Assembly (NCBI GenBank): GCA_050288685.1
Contig: JBNKEH010000005.1
Location: forward strand, 29,288 to 93,287
DNA length: 64,000 nucleotides
Direction of reading: 5' to 3'
From: Paracoccaceae bacterium
GTDB taxonomy: Bacteria > Pseudomonadota > Alphaproteobacteria > Rhodobacterales > Rhodobacteraceae
Made by a program: the position numbers and the translations under genes. Below are positions 29,213 through 37,883 of this stretch, piece after piece. The notes beneath the pieces were generated by a model. It worked only from the letters and a program-made list of their open reading frames with translations. It did no database searches and was not told where the DNA came from. How positions within the stretch are numbered: position 1 is the first letter of the stretch; each line of letters opens with the position of its first letter.

Positions 29213-30589
29213 TTAGTCCTTCAGCGCGCGGCGCACGTCCTTGTCTTCCAGCGTCTGATCCAGCGTCAGCCGGGTGCGCTCGACGATGGTGTCGATTTCG
29301 GCCTCGGTGCAGCAGAGCGGCGGCGCATAGCCGATCACGCCCTGATTGAAGGCGCGGATGATCAGCCCATTCTGCCAGGCCCGGTCGAAGATACGGTGCC
29401 CGGCATCCGCCTCGACCGGCAGCGGGGTCTTGCGTTCCTTGTCGGTGACGAGCTCAATCGCCGCCAGCATGCCGCGCCCGCGCACATCGCCCACCAGCGG
29501 GTGATCGGACAGCGCCTGCAGCCCCGCCATCAGCCGCGCACCGGCTTTGCGGCCATTCGCCAAGAGGCCATTCTCATAGAGATCGAGGCAGGCAAGGCCC
29601 ACGGCGGCGCTGACCGGATGGGCGGAATAGGTCTGACCGTGGCCAACCGGCGCGGCCCCTGCCCCATCGGCGATGGCATTGTAAACGCGATCCGACATGA
29701 AGACCGCGCCCATGGGCACATAGCCCGAGGTCATGCCTTTGGCGACGGTGATGAAGTCCGGCACGATACCGTCTTCCTCACAGGCGAAAAGCGGCCCGGT
29801 GCGACCGAACCCGGTGATGACCTCGTCGGCGACGAACAGGATGTCATGCTCTTTGCAGACGGCGTGCATGGCCTTCATCCAGCCTGCTGGTGGCACCAGC
29901 ACGCCGCCCGAGCCCTGGATCGGTTCGGCATAGAAGGCGGCAACGCGGTCTGCCCCCAGTTCGGCAATCTTGGCACGCAGGGCGGCCACCGAGGCGGCGA
30001 TAATGGTTTCATCGTCGCTGCCCACCGGATTGCGGTAGGCATAATGCGACGGGATCTTGTGCTGCCAGTCATGCGGCAGGCCGAAGCCGGTGTGAAAGAT
30101 CGGCAGCGCGGTCAGACCGGCACCTGATGTCGACGACCCGTGATAGCCGCTTTCGACCGAGATGAACTGGTCCTTTTGCGGCTTGCCGATGGCGTGGTGA
30201 TAATAGCGGATGAACCGGATCGTGCTGTCGACCGCATCCGATCCGCCGAGGCTGAAATAGACGTGGTTCAGGTCGCCCGGCGCATGCTCTGCAAGCCGCG
30301 CGGCAAGGCGGATGGCGGGTTCCGAGCCCAGGCTGAAATAGCCGGTCGCATAGGGCAGTTTGCTGAGCTGCGCGGTTGCCGCGTCGATCAGGCTTTGCTG
30401 GCCGTAACCGGCATTCACGCACCAGAGGCCCGCAAAACCGTCGAGCAGTTCCCGCCCCTCGGCGTCGGTGACGGTTGCGCCTTGGGCTGACGTGAGCACC
30501 CGCACCCCCGTCGCCTCGTGGCCGCGATAGGAGGCCAGTGGGTGCACAAGATGGGCGCGATCAAGGTCTACAAGTGAATTGGCCAGCAT
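29213..30589 (-). CDS. Class III omega-amino acid/diamine aminotransferase (SpuC/GabT/DoeD-like)
   Basis: LDGFAGLWCVNAGYG, SLGGSDAVD, EPIQGSGG, DEVITGFGRTG and AKGMTSGYVPMG motifs; AGGAAAAGGA RBS before ATG 30589. Confidence 0.9.
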   Translation of the reverse strand: MLANSLVDLDRAHLVHPLASYRGHEATGVRVLTSAQGATVTDAEGRELLDGFAGLWCVNAGYGQQSLIDAATAQLSKLPYATGYFSLGSEPAIRLAARLAEHAPGDLNHVYFSLGGSDAVDSTIRFIRYYHHAIGKPQKDQFISVESGYHGSSTSGAGLTALPIFHTGFGLPHDWQHKIPSHYAYRNPVGSDDETIIAASVAALRAKIAELGADRVAAFYAEPIQGSGGVLVPPAGWMKAMHAVCKEHDILFVADEVITGFGRTGPLFACEEDGIVPDFITVAKGMTSGYVPMGAVFMSDRVYNAIADGAGAAPVGHGQTYSAHPVSAAVGLACLDLYENGLLANGRKAGARLMAGLQALSDHPLVGDVRGRGMLAAIELVTDKERKTPLPVEADAGHRIFDRAWQNGLIIRAFNQGVIGYAPPLCCTEAEIDTIVERTRLTLDQTLEDKDVRRALKD

Positions 30590-30662
30590 TTCGGGATCCT
30601 TTTCCTGCGGCCGGGCCGGGCGGCCCGTCATTTCGGTCTGGATCAATTCTGGCGTCAGGACG

Positions 30663-30676
30663 GCAGTGAAAGCTGC
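30663..30676. promoter_or_regulatory. GCAG-N6-CTGC palindrome upstream of the aminotransferase
   Basis: GCAGTGAAAGCTGC. Confidence 0.5.
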
Positions 30677-30850
30677 TGATCCTCATCCGGCGAAAGCGGG
30701 TTTGCGTTGTCCAAGCAGGCCGCCGCGAAATCTTTTGCTGTGTCCGGGCCGGAGCGGGTGCAGCAGGGCACCACACAGCAAAGCACCGCGACAGGGACTG
30801 TCAGCGGTGCTCGGTGCAAACGGGGTAAGGGTGCGCAGGCAGGGGCGCGG

Positions 30851-31726
30851 TCAGCTCAGCGCGTGGCCCGCAAGGCCATAGACCCAAGGTGCATCTGCCG
30901 TCCGGTTGAGGAACTTGCGGCCCTTGGACATGGTGATGACCGTCTCGGCGGCGGCAAGACCGCAGTGCTGGACGAAGTCCGAGAAAATCCCATCTTCCTC
31001 GCGCGTGTCGATCCGCGCATGCCTGCCCTCCAGCGCCCGCAGATGCCAGGCGGCAAGGTGAATCGCATCATCATCGTTCAGCGCGACGATCGGCCCGATC
31101 ACGTGGCCCCGTCCGAATTCGTGGCGCATGGCATAGCCCACAATCTCGCCCTCTCGCTCAAGAACGCAGGCAACGGAAACTTCGGCCAGAAGCGTGAGCA
31201 TGCGCGAGCGGTCGGTGCCAAAGGCTGGCGCGTCAAAGGCAAAAATCTCGTCGATCCGCTCGGCAGGCAGTTCGCTCAGCACCCCATTCGGGGCGCCAAT
31301 CTCCGGCAGGCCGGACACGGTGCCCCGGTGCAGGAAGACCGTTGCCTCGGTCTGGAAATTCATCGAGGCATAGAGGGGATAAGCCGCCTTGGTTGCGTTC
31401 AGGCTCAGGTTCCGGCCTTCGCAGCGTTCCATCACCTGTTCCATCAGCCACCGACCGGCACCATGCGCTTGCGCGCGCGGGGTCGTGATAACCAGCCCGA
31501 CAGTGGCAAAGTCCTCGCCATGCGGAAACCACATCGCGCTGCCAAAAACCCGGCCGATCCCGTCAACGGCAACGATGCCCTGCCCGGCGCGCCGTAGGAA
31601 CTCCCAGTCTGCAGGCCGGTGCGGCCAGCTGACACCGATCGACAGCGCATGCAGCAGATCAACGTCAACCTCGGCGATGTCCTGCGCGACCAGATCAAAT
31701 GACTTCACGCGAACAGATTTAGCCAT
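30851..31726 (-). CDS. GNAT family N-acetyltransferase with YitH-like second domain
   Basis: WPHRPADW, QAHGAG, NATKAAYPLY and GHVIGPIVA motifs; paralog of 15986-16846. Confidence 0.85.
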   Translation of the reverse strand: MAKSVRVKSFDLVAQDIAEVDVDLLHALSIGVSWPHRPADWEFLRRAGQGIVAVDGIGRVFGSAMWFPHGEDFATVGLVITTPRAQAHGAGRWLMEQVMERCEGRNLSLNATKAAYPLYASMNFQTEATVFLHRGTVSGLPEIGAPNGVLSELPAERIDEIFAFDAPAFGTDRSRMLTLLAEVSVACVLEREGEIVGYAMRHEFGRGHVIGPIVALNDDDAIHLAAWHLRALEGRHARIDTREEDGIFSDFVQHCGLAAAETVITMSKGRKFLNRTADAPWVYGLAGHALS

Positions 31727-31838
31727 GTCAATTCCCTCATCAATGAGCGGGGCAGCGAAGCGTCCGTTATCTCAAACCCAATCATCGCCGTAAGATCAAT
31801 GTGATCGCCTTCTGAAACATAATGGCGCCTGAGCGCTA

Positions 31839-31852
31839 GCAGAAATTGCTGC
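31839..31852. promoter_or_regulatory. GCAG-N6-CTGC palindrome in the GNAT/gabD divergent region
   Basis: GCAGAAATTGCTGC, with a further TTCTGCC half-site 28 bp downstream. Confidence 0.5.
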
Positions 31853-32092
31853 ATTTGAGCGGGTCTTCCAAATCTTCTGCCATGTTTCAGTGCCTTTCCG
31901 CAGGGAACTCTCCTGCCTCATGGCTATTCTGCCCCTGACGAATAGCCGTGCATTTCGGGTGCCCCGTGGCGGTCCAAGAAGTCCTGACCATCCGCAAGAT
32001 CAAGGGCACTTACTGCGATCCGTGAGCGATCCCGCTCGAAACAGGACGATCATGTCTGCCCCGAAGATGGCCCAATATGAAAGGAAAGACCC

Positions 32093-33568
32093 ATGAACGC
32101 GATACCTAAAATCGGCACTTTCAGCGATGCCGGATTGCTGCGCCAGCAGGGGCTGATCGGCGGCCACTGGCAGGATGCGGCGAGCGGCAAGACCGTCGAT
32201 GTCATCGACCCGGCCAGCCAGTCGGTGCTTGGCACCATTCCCGATATGGGCGGCGACGAAACCCGGGACGCGATCACGGCGGCGGAAAAGGCGTTCAAGG
32301 GCTGGAAGGCCCTGACCCATGCCGAACGCGCCAAACTGCTGGAACGCTGGCACGATCTGATGATCGACAATCTGGAAGATCTGGCGCTGCTCCTGACCCT
32401 CGAACAGGGCAAGCCGCTGGAGGAAGCGCGCGGCGAGATCCGCTATGGCGCGTCGTTCGTGAAATGGTTCGCCGAAGAGGCCCGCCGGATCGGCGGCACC
32501 ACCATCCCGTCGCCAACCGCCGACCGCCGCATTCTGGTGCTGAAAGAGGCCGTGGGGGTCTGCGCCATCATCACGCCCTGGAACTTCCCCAATGCGATGA
32601 TCACCCGCAAGGTCGCCCCGGCGCTGGCCGCGGGCTGCACCGTGGTGATCAAACCCTCGGAATTCACCCCCTTCTCGGCGCTGGCGCTTGGCGTTCTGGC
32701 GGAACGTGCCGGTATTCCGGCCGGGGTGATCAATATCGTGACCGGCATGCCCGCCGAGATCGGCAACGAGCTGATGGCGAACGAAACCGTGCGCAAGATC
32801 TCGTTCACCGGCTCGACCCGCGTGGGCTCGCTGCTGATGCGCGGTGCGGCTGACAGCATCAAGCGGCTGAGCCTTGAGCTTGGCGGCAACGCCCCCTTCA
32901 TCGTGTTCGACGATGCGGATCTGGACATTGCCATCGATGGCGTCATCGCTTCGAAATTCCGCAATGGCGGCCAGACCTGTGTTTGCGCCAACCGGATTCT
33001 GGTGCAGGCGGGGATATACGACACTTTCGCCGAAAAGCTGAGCCAGCGGGTGGCGCAGATGAAAGTGGGTCCGGGCACCGATGACGGCACCGATATTGGC
33101 CCGATGATCAACGAAGCCGCCATCGCCAAGATCGAAGCCCATGTTGCGGATGCCCAAGCCAAGGGCGCGCGGATCGTCGGCCAGGCTGAGGTCATGCCGA
33201 ACGGCCACCAATATGCCCGGCCGCTGGTGCTGGCTGACGCCACCACCGAGATGATGCTCGCCTCTGAAGAAACCTTCGGGCCGGTCGCGCCGCTGTTCCG
33301 CTTCGAGACCGAAGAAGAGGCGCTGGCCATCGCCAATGGCACCCCCTACGGGCTGGCCTCCTATTTCTACACCGAAAGCCTCAAGCGCTCCTGGCGCGTG
33401 GCAGAGGCGCTGGAATTCGGGATGATCGGCCTCAATACCGGGCTGATTTCGACCGAGGTCGCGCCGTTCGGCGGGGTCAAGCAATCGGGGCTGGGCCGGG
33501 AAGGCTCGCAGCTCGGGATCGAGGAATATCTCGAAACCAAGGCCCTGCATGTCGGCGGGCTGGTATAA
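32093..33568 (+). CDS. gabD: NAD(P)-dependent succinate-semialdehyde dehydrogenase family
   Basis: ITPWNFPNAMITRK, SFTGST, LELGGNAPFIV, SKFRNGGQTCVCANR, EETFGPVAP and GREGS motifs. Confidence 0.9.
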   Translation: MNAIPKIGTFSDAGLLRQQGLIGGHWQDAASGKTVDVIDPASQSVLGTIPDMGGDETRDAITAAEKAFKGWKALTHAERAKLLERWHDLMIDNLEDLALLLTLEQGKPLEEARGEIRYGASFVKWFAEEARRIGGTTIPSPTADRRILVLKEAVGVCAIITPWNFPNAMITRKVAPALAAGCTVVIKPSEFTPFSALALGVLAERAGIPAGVINIVTGMPAEIGNELMANETVRKISFTGSTRVGSLLMRGAADSIKRLSLELGGNAPFIVFDDADLDIAIDGVIASKFRNGGQTCVCANRILVQAGIYDTFAEKLSQRVAQMKVGPGTDDGTDIGPMINEAAIAKIEAHVADAQAKGARIVGQAEVMPNGHQYARPLVLADATTEMMLASEETFGPVAPLFRFETEEEALAIANGTPYGLASYFYTESLKRSWRVAEALEFGMIGLNTGLISTEVAPFGGVKQSGLGREGSQLGIEEYLETKALHVGGLV

Positions 33569-33595
33569 GCCCACCCATGGTGAAACCGCGCCCGA

Positions 33596-33623
33596 TGTTT
33601 GTTGACAGTGCCGTCAACAAACA
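33596..33623. terminator. Stem-loop downstream of gabD
   Basis: Perfect 11-bp inverted repeat TGTTTGTTGAC/GTCAACAAACA, extendable with flanking GCGCCCG/CGGGGCGC. Confidence 0.55.
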
Positions 33624-33982
33624 CCGGGGCGCAAAGCGCTGTTCCCATTGGAACAACGCTTTCTTTGATTGTGGTGTCTTTCAGAGGGCTTCCGTAAGGA
33701 GGCTTTCCGGCATATACTGCAGGGTCTTAGGAAGTTGTGTCTGATCGAGACAGGTTCCCGCGATCGGGTCAGGCCAGCGCAAGCTGTTCGCCGCACTCTG
33801 ATCCCCCCTCCCCCTACATTCCTTCAAACGCGTACCGCCGGACTCGCAAACAGAGACTGCGGCCCATGATCGCCCGGCTTGGCGCTCTGGTTTGCGTCGC
33901 ATCGGAAAGCCACATGAACCAAGCATAGGAAATATCCGACAATGGCGCGGGAGGCTCAGCGTTTTGAAATGTCAGGAAAGAC

Positions 33983-34057
33983 TGGCTGGGGTGGTAGGAT
34001 TCGAACCTACGGTACACGGTACCAAAAACCGCTGCCTTACCACTTGGCTACACCCCA
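33983..34057 (-). tRNA. trnQ: tRNA-Gln (TTG)
   Basis: The minus strand folds as a cloverleaf: TGGGGTG/CACCCCA acceptor stem, GCCAAGTGGTAAGGC D arm, TTG anticodon, GGTTCGAATCC T loop, encoded CCA. Confidence 0.97.
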
Positions 34058-34069
34058 ACGGTGCGGGCT

Positions 34070-34098
34070 TTCCTACTCAAAGCGCTGAGCGCCTGCAA
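34070..34098 (-). promoter_or_regulatory. Sigma70-type promoter of tRNA-Gln
   Basis: TTGCAG-N17-TAGGAA followed by a GC-rich discriminator just upstream of the tRNA. Confidence 0.5.
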
Positions 34099-34276
34099 CC
34101 CCCAAAATGCGCTTTATTGCGTCCCGAATGCGGATCGTCTTTGGCCGCATAGCCGGGGCTGTTCGGGAGCCGCAAAAGAAGCCGCGCCGGGGCGGGGTTT
34201 ACCTCCCGGAGCAGCAATGTTGGGCGCCCGCCCCAGCGACTCGGCTGGGGCAACGCGCGGGTTGGCGGGCGGGCGG

Positions 34277-35197
34277 TCAGGCGGGGGCGGCTGCCGCGAT
34301 GCGCTTATATCCGGCCTGACCGTGATAGAAGCCGTTGCTGAAGGCTGCCTGATCACTCAGCGCCGCAAGGGCAGCCTCGGCGGCGTCGGGCGCCAGAGCC
34401 TCGTCCAGCACATCGCGGTAGATCTGCGCCACCTGCACCATATCGACATCCTGCGGCATCAGGCGGAAATGGCTGACCCCGTCGGCCTTCATCTGCCCGA
34501 TCTCACGCGAGAGCTCGACATAGCTTTCCGACAGGGTCTGGATGCCGTTTATCCGCAGGATCGGGCGGTCGTCGCGGGTGCGCAGGGGCATCCCGTCGGG
34601 GTTTTCCTCGCAGACGAATCTGCAATTGTCCTTGGTGCGGCCATGCGAGCGGGCGTGATAGCAGCGCGCCGAGACGGCGAGCGAGACCCGCCCGAACACC
34701 TGCACCTCGATGCCCAGCCCCAGTTCGCGCCCGGCTTTCGCGGCGGCGGCAATCGCCTCGCCGGGCATTTCCGGGGGCAGGCTGATATGGCTGGCGCCCT
34801 GCCCGGCCATCCAGGCCATTGTGGCCTCGTTATAGGCGTTCATGAAGGGGCCGACGCGATGCGGGTGTTTGCCACGCGCAAACAGGCCCGCCGCGTTGTT
34901 GATCTCGATCTCGGGGTTGTTCAGCGCCGCCAGCTCCTCGGTCGCCTTGCGCTCGCGCTTCAGCATCACCTCGGCCAGCGACGACAGAATCACGCTTTTG
35001 CCGCCGCGCTCCAGCCGTTCAATGATCTCGGGCAGGTCGGCCTCCTGAAACGGCGCGCGTTTGGAGCAGATCACCTCGCCCAGATAGACCTCGTCCAGCG
35101 GGGCTTCGTCGGCAATGCGGGCGTAGAAATCGCGCCGGATTTCGGGGGACCAGTGATAGGCGATCGGGCCAAGGGTCAGTTTCGTCATCTCGCTCAC
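34277..35197 (-). CDS. ubiV: O2-independent ubiquinone biosynthesis protein UbiV (U32 family)
   Basis: LGPIAYHW, YLGEVICSKR, SARCYHAR and DNCRFVC Fe-S cysteines, NGIQTLS. Start at GTG 35197 or ATG 35188. Confidence 0.92.
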   Translation of the reverse strand: MSEMTKLTLGPIAYHWSPEIRRDFYARIADEAPLDEVYLGEVICSKRAPFQEADLPEIIERLERGGKSVILSSLAEVMLKRERKATEELAALNNPEIEINNAAGLFARGKHPHRVGPFMNAYNEATMAWMAGQGASHISLPPEMPGEAIAAAAKAGRELGLGIEVQVFGRVSLAVSARCYHARSHGRTKDNCRFVCEENPDGMPLRTRDDRPILRINGIQTLSESYVELSREIGQMKADGVSHFRLMPQDVDMVQVAQIYRDVLDEALAPDAAEAALAALSDQAAFSNGFYHGQAGYKRIAAAAPA

Positions 35198-36192
35198 CGC
35201 CATTTCTTTGTCTCGAAGGCGCCCTGGGTCTGTTTCTGCCCCTCGGTGAGGGCCACCAGATCGGCAATATTCGCCTCTCGGCCGGCGCGGATATCGTCGA
35301 CCGCCTGCCGGAAGGCCGAGACCACGCTGCGCACATAGCTTTTCGAGCGCTGCCGCCCTTCGATCTTGAAGGCATGGATGCCCGCGTCGATCAGCTCTGG
35401 CAGCAGCCGCGACAGGTTGAGGCTGATCGGCTCTTCAAAGGCATAATAGCCCTCGGGCCGGTGCGGCGCGGTATAGCGGCCCTTGCAGATGGTCGGATAG
35501 CCCGCCATCTCGTCCGGCCCGAAACGGTCGATGGTGAAACCGCCAAGCTGCGAGGACATCGAACCATCCTCGTGGCGGCGATATTCGACATCAGAGGCGG
35601 GCGAGCATACGCCATCCATATTGGTGGATTGCCCGGTCAGATAATTGGTCAGGCTGCAGCGGCCTTCGACCATCAGCCCGTGATTGCCAAAGATGAAGGT
35701 CTCGATCTCGCAGGGGATTTCTTTGCGGATCTCGCGGATTTCCGGGATGGTCAGGATGCGCGGCAGGACCACGCGCTTGACCCCGAAATTCTCGCAATAA
35801 TAGCGGATCGCTTCGGGGCTGGAGGCGGCGGCCTGCACCGACAGATGCAGGCGGATCTCGGGATAGGTCCGCGCGATATAGTCGGCCACCCCCATATCGG
35901 CGACGATGAAGGCATCAACGCCATGCCGGGCGCCGGTATCGGCTGCCTCGCGCCACAGATCGACCTTGCCCGCCGGGGGATAGGTGTTCAGCGCCAGAAG
36001 TACCTTGGTGCCCTTGGCATGGGCATAGACCACCGAGGCGGCGAGCTCGTCGGGGGTGAAGTTCAGCCCCGGAAAGTTGCGCGCATTGGTGGCATTCTGA
36101 AAGCCGCAATAGACCGCATCGGCCCCGGCATCGACAGCGGTGCGCAGGGCGGCGGGGGTTCCGGCGGGGCAGATCAGTTCCGCGAGGCTCAT
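35194..36192 (-). CDS. ubiU: O2-independent ubiquinone biosynthesis protein UbiU (U32 family)
   Basis: ELICPAG, TNARNFPGLNF, VEGRCSL, DGVCSP, PTICKGR and FKIEGRQRS motifs. Confidence 0.93.
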   Translation of the reverse strand: MSLAELICPAGTPAALRTAVDAGADAVYCGFQNATNARNFPGLNFTPDELAASVVYAHAKGTKVLLALNTYPPAGKVDLWREAADTGARHGVDAFIVADMGVADYIARTYPEIRLHLSVQAAASSPEAIRYYCENFGVKRVVLPRILTIPEIREIRKEIPCEIETFIFGNHGLMVEGRCSLTNYLTGQSTNMDGVCSPASDVEYRRHEDGSMSSQLGGFTIDRFGPDEMAGYPTICKGRYTAPHRPEGYYAFEEPISLNLSRLLPELIDAGIHAFKIEGRQRSKSYVRSVVSAFRQAVDDIRAGREANIADLVALTEGQKQTQGAFETKKWR

Positions 36193-36719
36193 CAGGCAAA
36201 ATGTCCTTTTGTATCGCTCGGATAAGAGCGCCGTAACCGTGCAAGAATGGCCTTGCCGGGGCGCCCGAACATCTCGGCGGCCTCTTCGGCAACCGAACCG
36301 TCCATGTCATCGAGCGCATTGCGCAGCCGGACCACCGCTTCGGTTTCGCCAGACACTTCCAGATCGCGCGAAAAGAAGGCGGCGTCGCCATCTTCTTCCG
36401 AGTCGATCAGTTCCAGAAGCAGCATGAACCGACCCCGGATCACCGCGCCCGCCTCTGGGGCGGCATCGCGCGGCACCGCACGAAACACCAAAGCCTCGGG
36501 GTCGGGGCGCAGATGCAGCGCAAAGGGCAGCTCGACCGCATCGATCAGAAAGTCGGTTTTCTGATGCGCCCCAAGCCGCGCGAACAGCGACTCATGCCGG
36601 GCGGCAATCCGGCGGACAACGCGCGACAGGATCGGCTGGACCGCTGCGCAAGCCATGCGCGACATCACAGCCTGCGCCGGGTTGCGGCGGTCAGGATACG
36701 TTTCTACCCCAATGCTCAT
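36192..36719 (-). CDS. ubiT: SCP2-domain accessory factor UbiT
   Basis: DGDAAFFSRDLEVSGETEAVVRLRNALD motif; TGATG-coupled to ubiU. Confidence 0.9.
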   Translation of the reverse strand: MSIGVETYPDRRNPAQAVMSRMACAAVQPILSRVVRRIAARHESLFARLGAHQKTDFLIDAVELPFALHLRPDPEALVFRAVPRDAAPEAGAVIRGRFMLLLELIDSEEDGDAAFFSRDLEVSGETEAVVRLRNALDDMDGSVAEEAAEMFGRPGKAILARLRRSYPSDTKGHFA

Positions 36720-37040
36720 AATCGAGATCCTTGTTTCGTATTCAGCCGGGATTCACTGGCCCAAGGACCGTCCGGCACGACGCGAGGAGGATTGTTCATC
36801 GGATCTCAGGGCGGGCCTGATGCCCCGGTGAAACGCTCGAAGGCGACCTGCTGCGCGTCCGAAAAGGTAGGTCGGGAGGGTGTCCCGGAACCTTCGCGAG
36901 CCACGTCTGCACGTCACGCCCCGCAGGCGCACTGAACCCCAAATTTCTCGGAACCACAAGTTTCTGCCCTGCGGCGTCGGGACGCGGCTGGGGTACGGAT
37001 CAGGCCCGGAAATCGGAAGATCAGTTGGGGGGCGCGGCGC

Positions 37041-37883
37041 CTAGTCCAGCCGGACAGGGCGGGCTTTCGCCAGCCGGTCAAAGGCGGCGAGATCGGCGAT
37101 CAGGCCGGGCATATCGTCGAGCCGGATCATGTTCGGCCCATCCGAGGGCGCGCTTTCGGGATCGGGATCGGTTTCCAGAAACACCCCGGCAATGCCCAGC
37201 GACACCGCCGCACGCGCCAGTACCGGAGCCATGCGTCGGTCACCGTCGGACGCGGCCCCCTGCCCGCCCGGCATCTGCACCGCATGGGTGGCATCCATGA
37301 TCACCGGATAGCCGGTTTCGGCCATGATCGGCAGCGCCCGCATATCGGCCACCAGCGCGTTATAGCCGAAGGAACTGCCCCGCTCTGTGAGCATGATCCG
37401 TTCATTGCCGGTTGCGGCCACCTTGGCGGCGGCGCGCTTCATATCCCAGGGCGCCAGAAACTGGCCCTTCTTGATATTGACCGCCCGTCCCGTCTGCCCG
37501 GCGGCCACCAGCAGATCGGTCTGGCGGCAGAGAAAGGCGGGGATTTGCAGCACATCGGCCACTTCGGCCACAGGCGCGGCCTGATCGGGCAGGTGAATAT
37601 CGGTGAGCACCGGCACGCCAAGACGCGCCTTCACCTCGGCCAGGATCTTCAGCCCCTCATCCATCCCCGGCCCGCGCGGCGCATCGGCCGAGGTGCGGTT
37701 GGCCTTGTCGAAGGAGGATTTGAAGATGAAGCCGACGCCTTCAGCCGCGCAGGCCGCTTGCAGCACCCTGGCGATGTCGAGCGCATGATCGAGCCCTTCG
37801 AGCTGGCAGGGCCCGGCAATCAGCGTGAGCGGCAGGTCGTTGCCGAGCGATACGCTGCCAATCTCGAACGCTTTCATCGCCAT
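37041..37883 (-). CDS. kdsA: KDO8P synthase (3-deoxy-8-phosphooctulonate synthase)
   Basis: IAGPCQLE, KSSFDKANRTS, IPAFLCRQTD, IKKGQF and DATHAVQ motifs. Confidence 0.95.
   Translation of the reverse strand: MAMKAFEIGSVSLGNDLPLTLIAGPCQLEGLDHALDIARVLQAACAAEGVGFIFKSSFDKANRTSADAPRGPGMDEGLKILAEVKARLGVPVLTDIHLPDQAAPVAEVADVLQIPAFLCRQTDLLVAAGQTGRAVNIKKGQFLAPWDMKRAAAKVAATGNERIMLTERGSSFGYNALVADMRALPIMAETGYPVIMDATHAVQMPGGQGAASDGDRRMAPVLARAAVSLGIAGVFLETDPDPESAPSDGPNMIRLDDMPGLIADLAAFDRLAKARPVRLD

Noticed and set aside
28696-33568. AsnC, aminotransferase and SSADH trio (plus OCD and a deacetylase) resembling ectoine catabolic clusters
   Set aside because: No EutD/DoeA hydrolase, EutE-type deacetylase, EutB or Ehu/Ueh transporter is present in the window.
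7705-33574. Long antisense or alternate-frame ORFs (e.g. 7705-8898 -, 8709-10052 -, 16871-18118 -, 21709-23217 +, 25091-26212 +, 32000-33574 -)
   Set aside because: They are shadows of well-supported genes in GC-rich DNA, with no recognisable motifs or RBS.
36720-37040. Expected FnrL box upstream of ubiTUV
   Set aside because: No TTGA-N6-TCAA-like site was found; the best candidate (about 36731) is weak and too close to the start codon.
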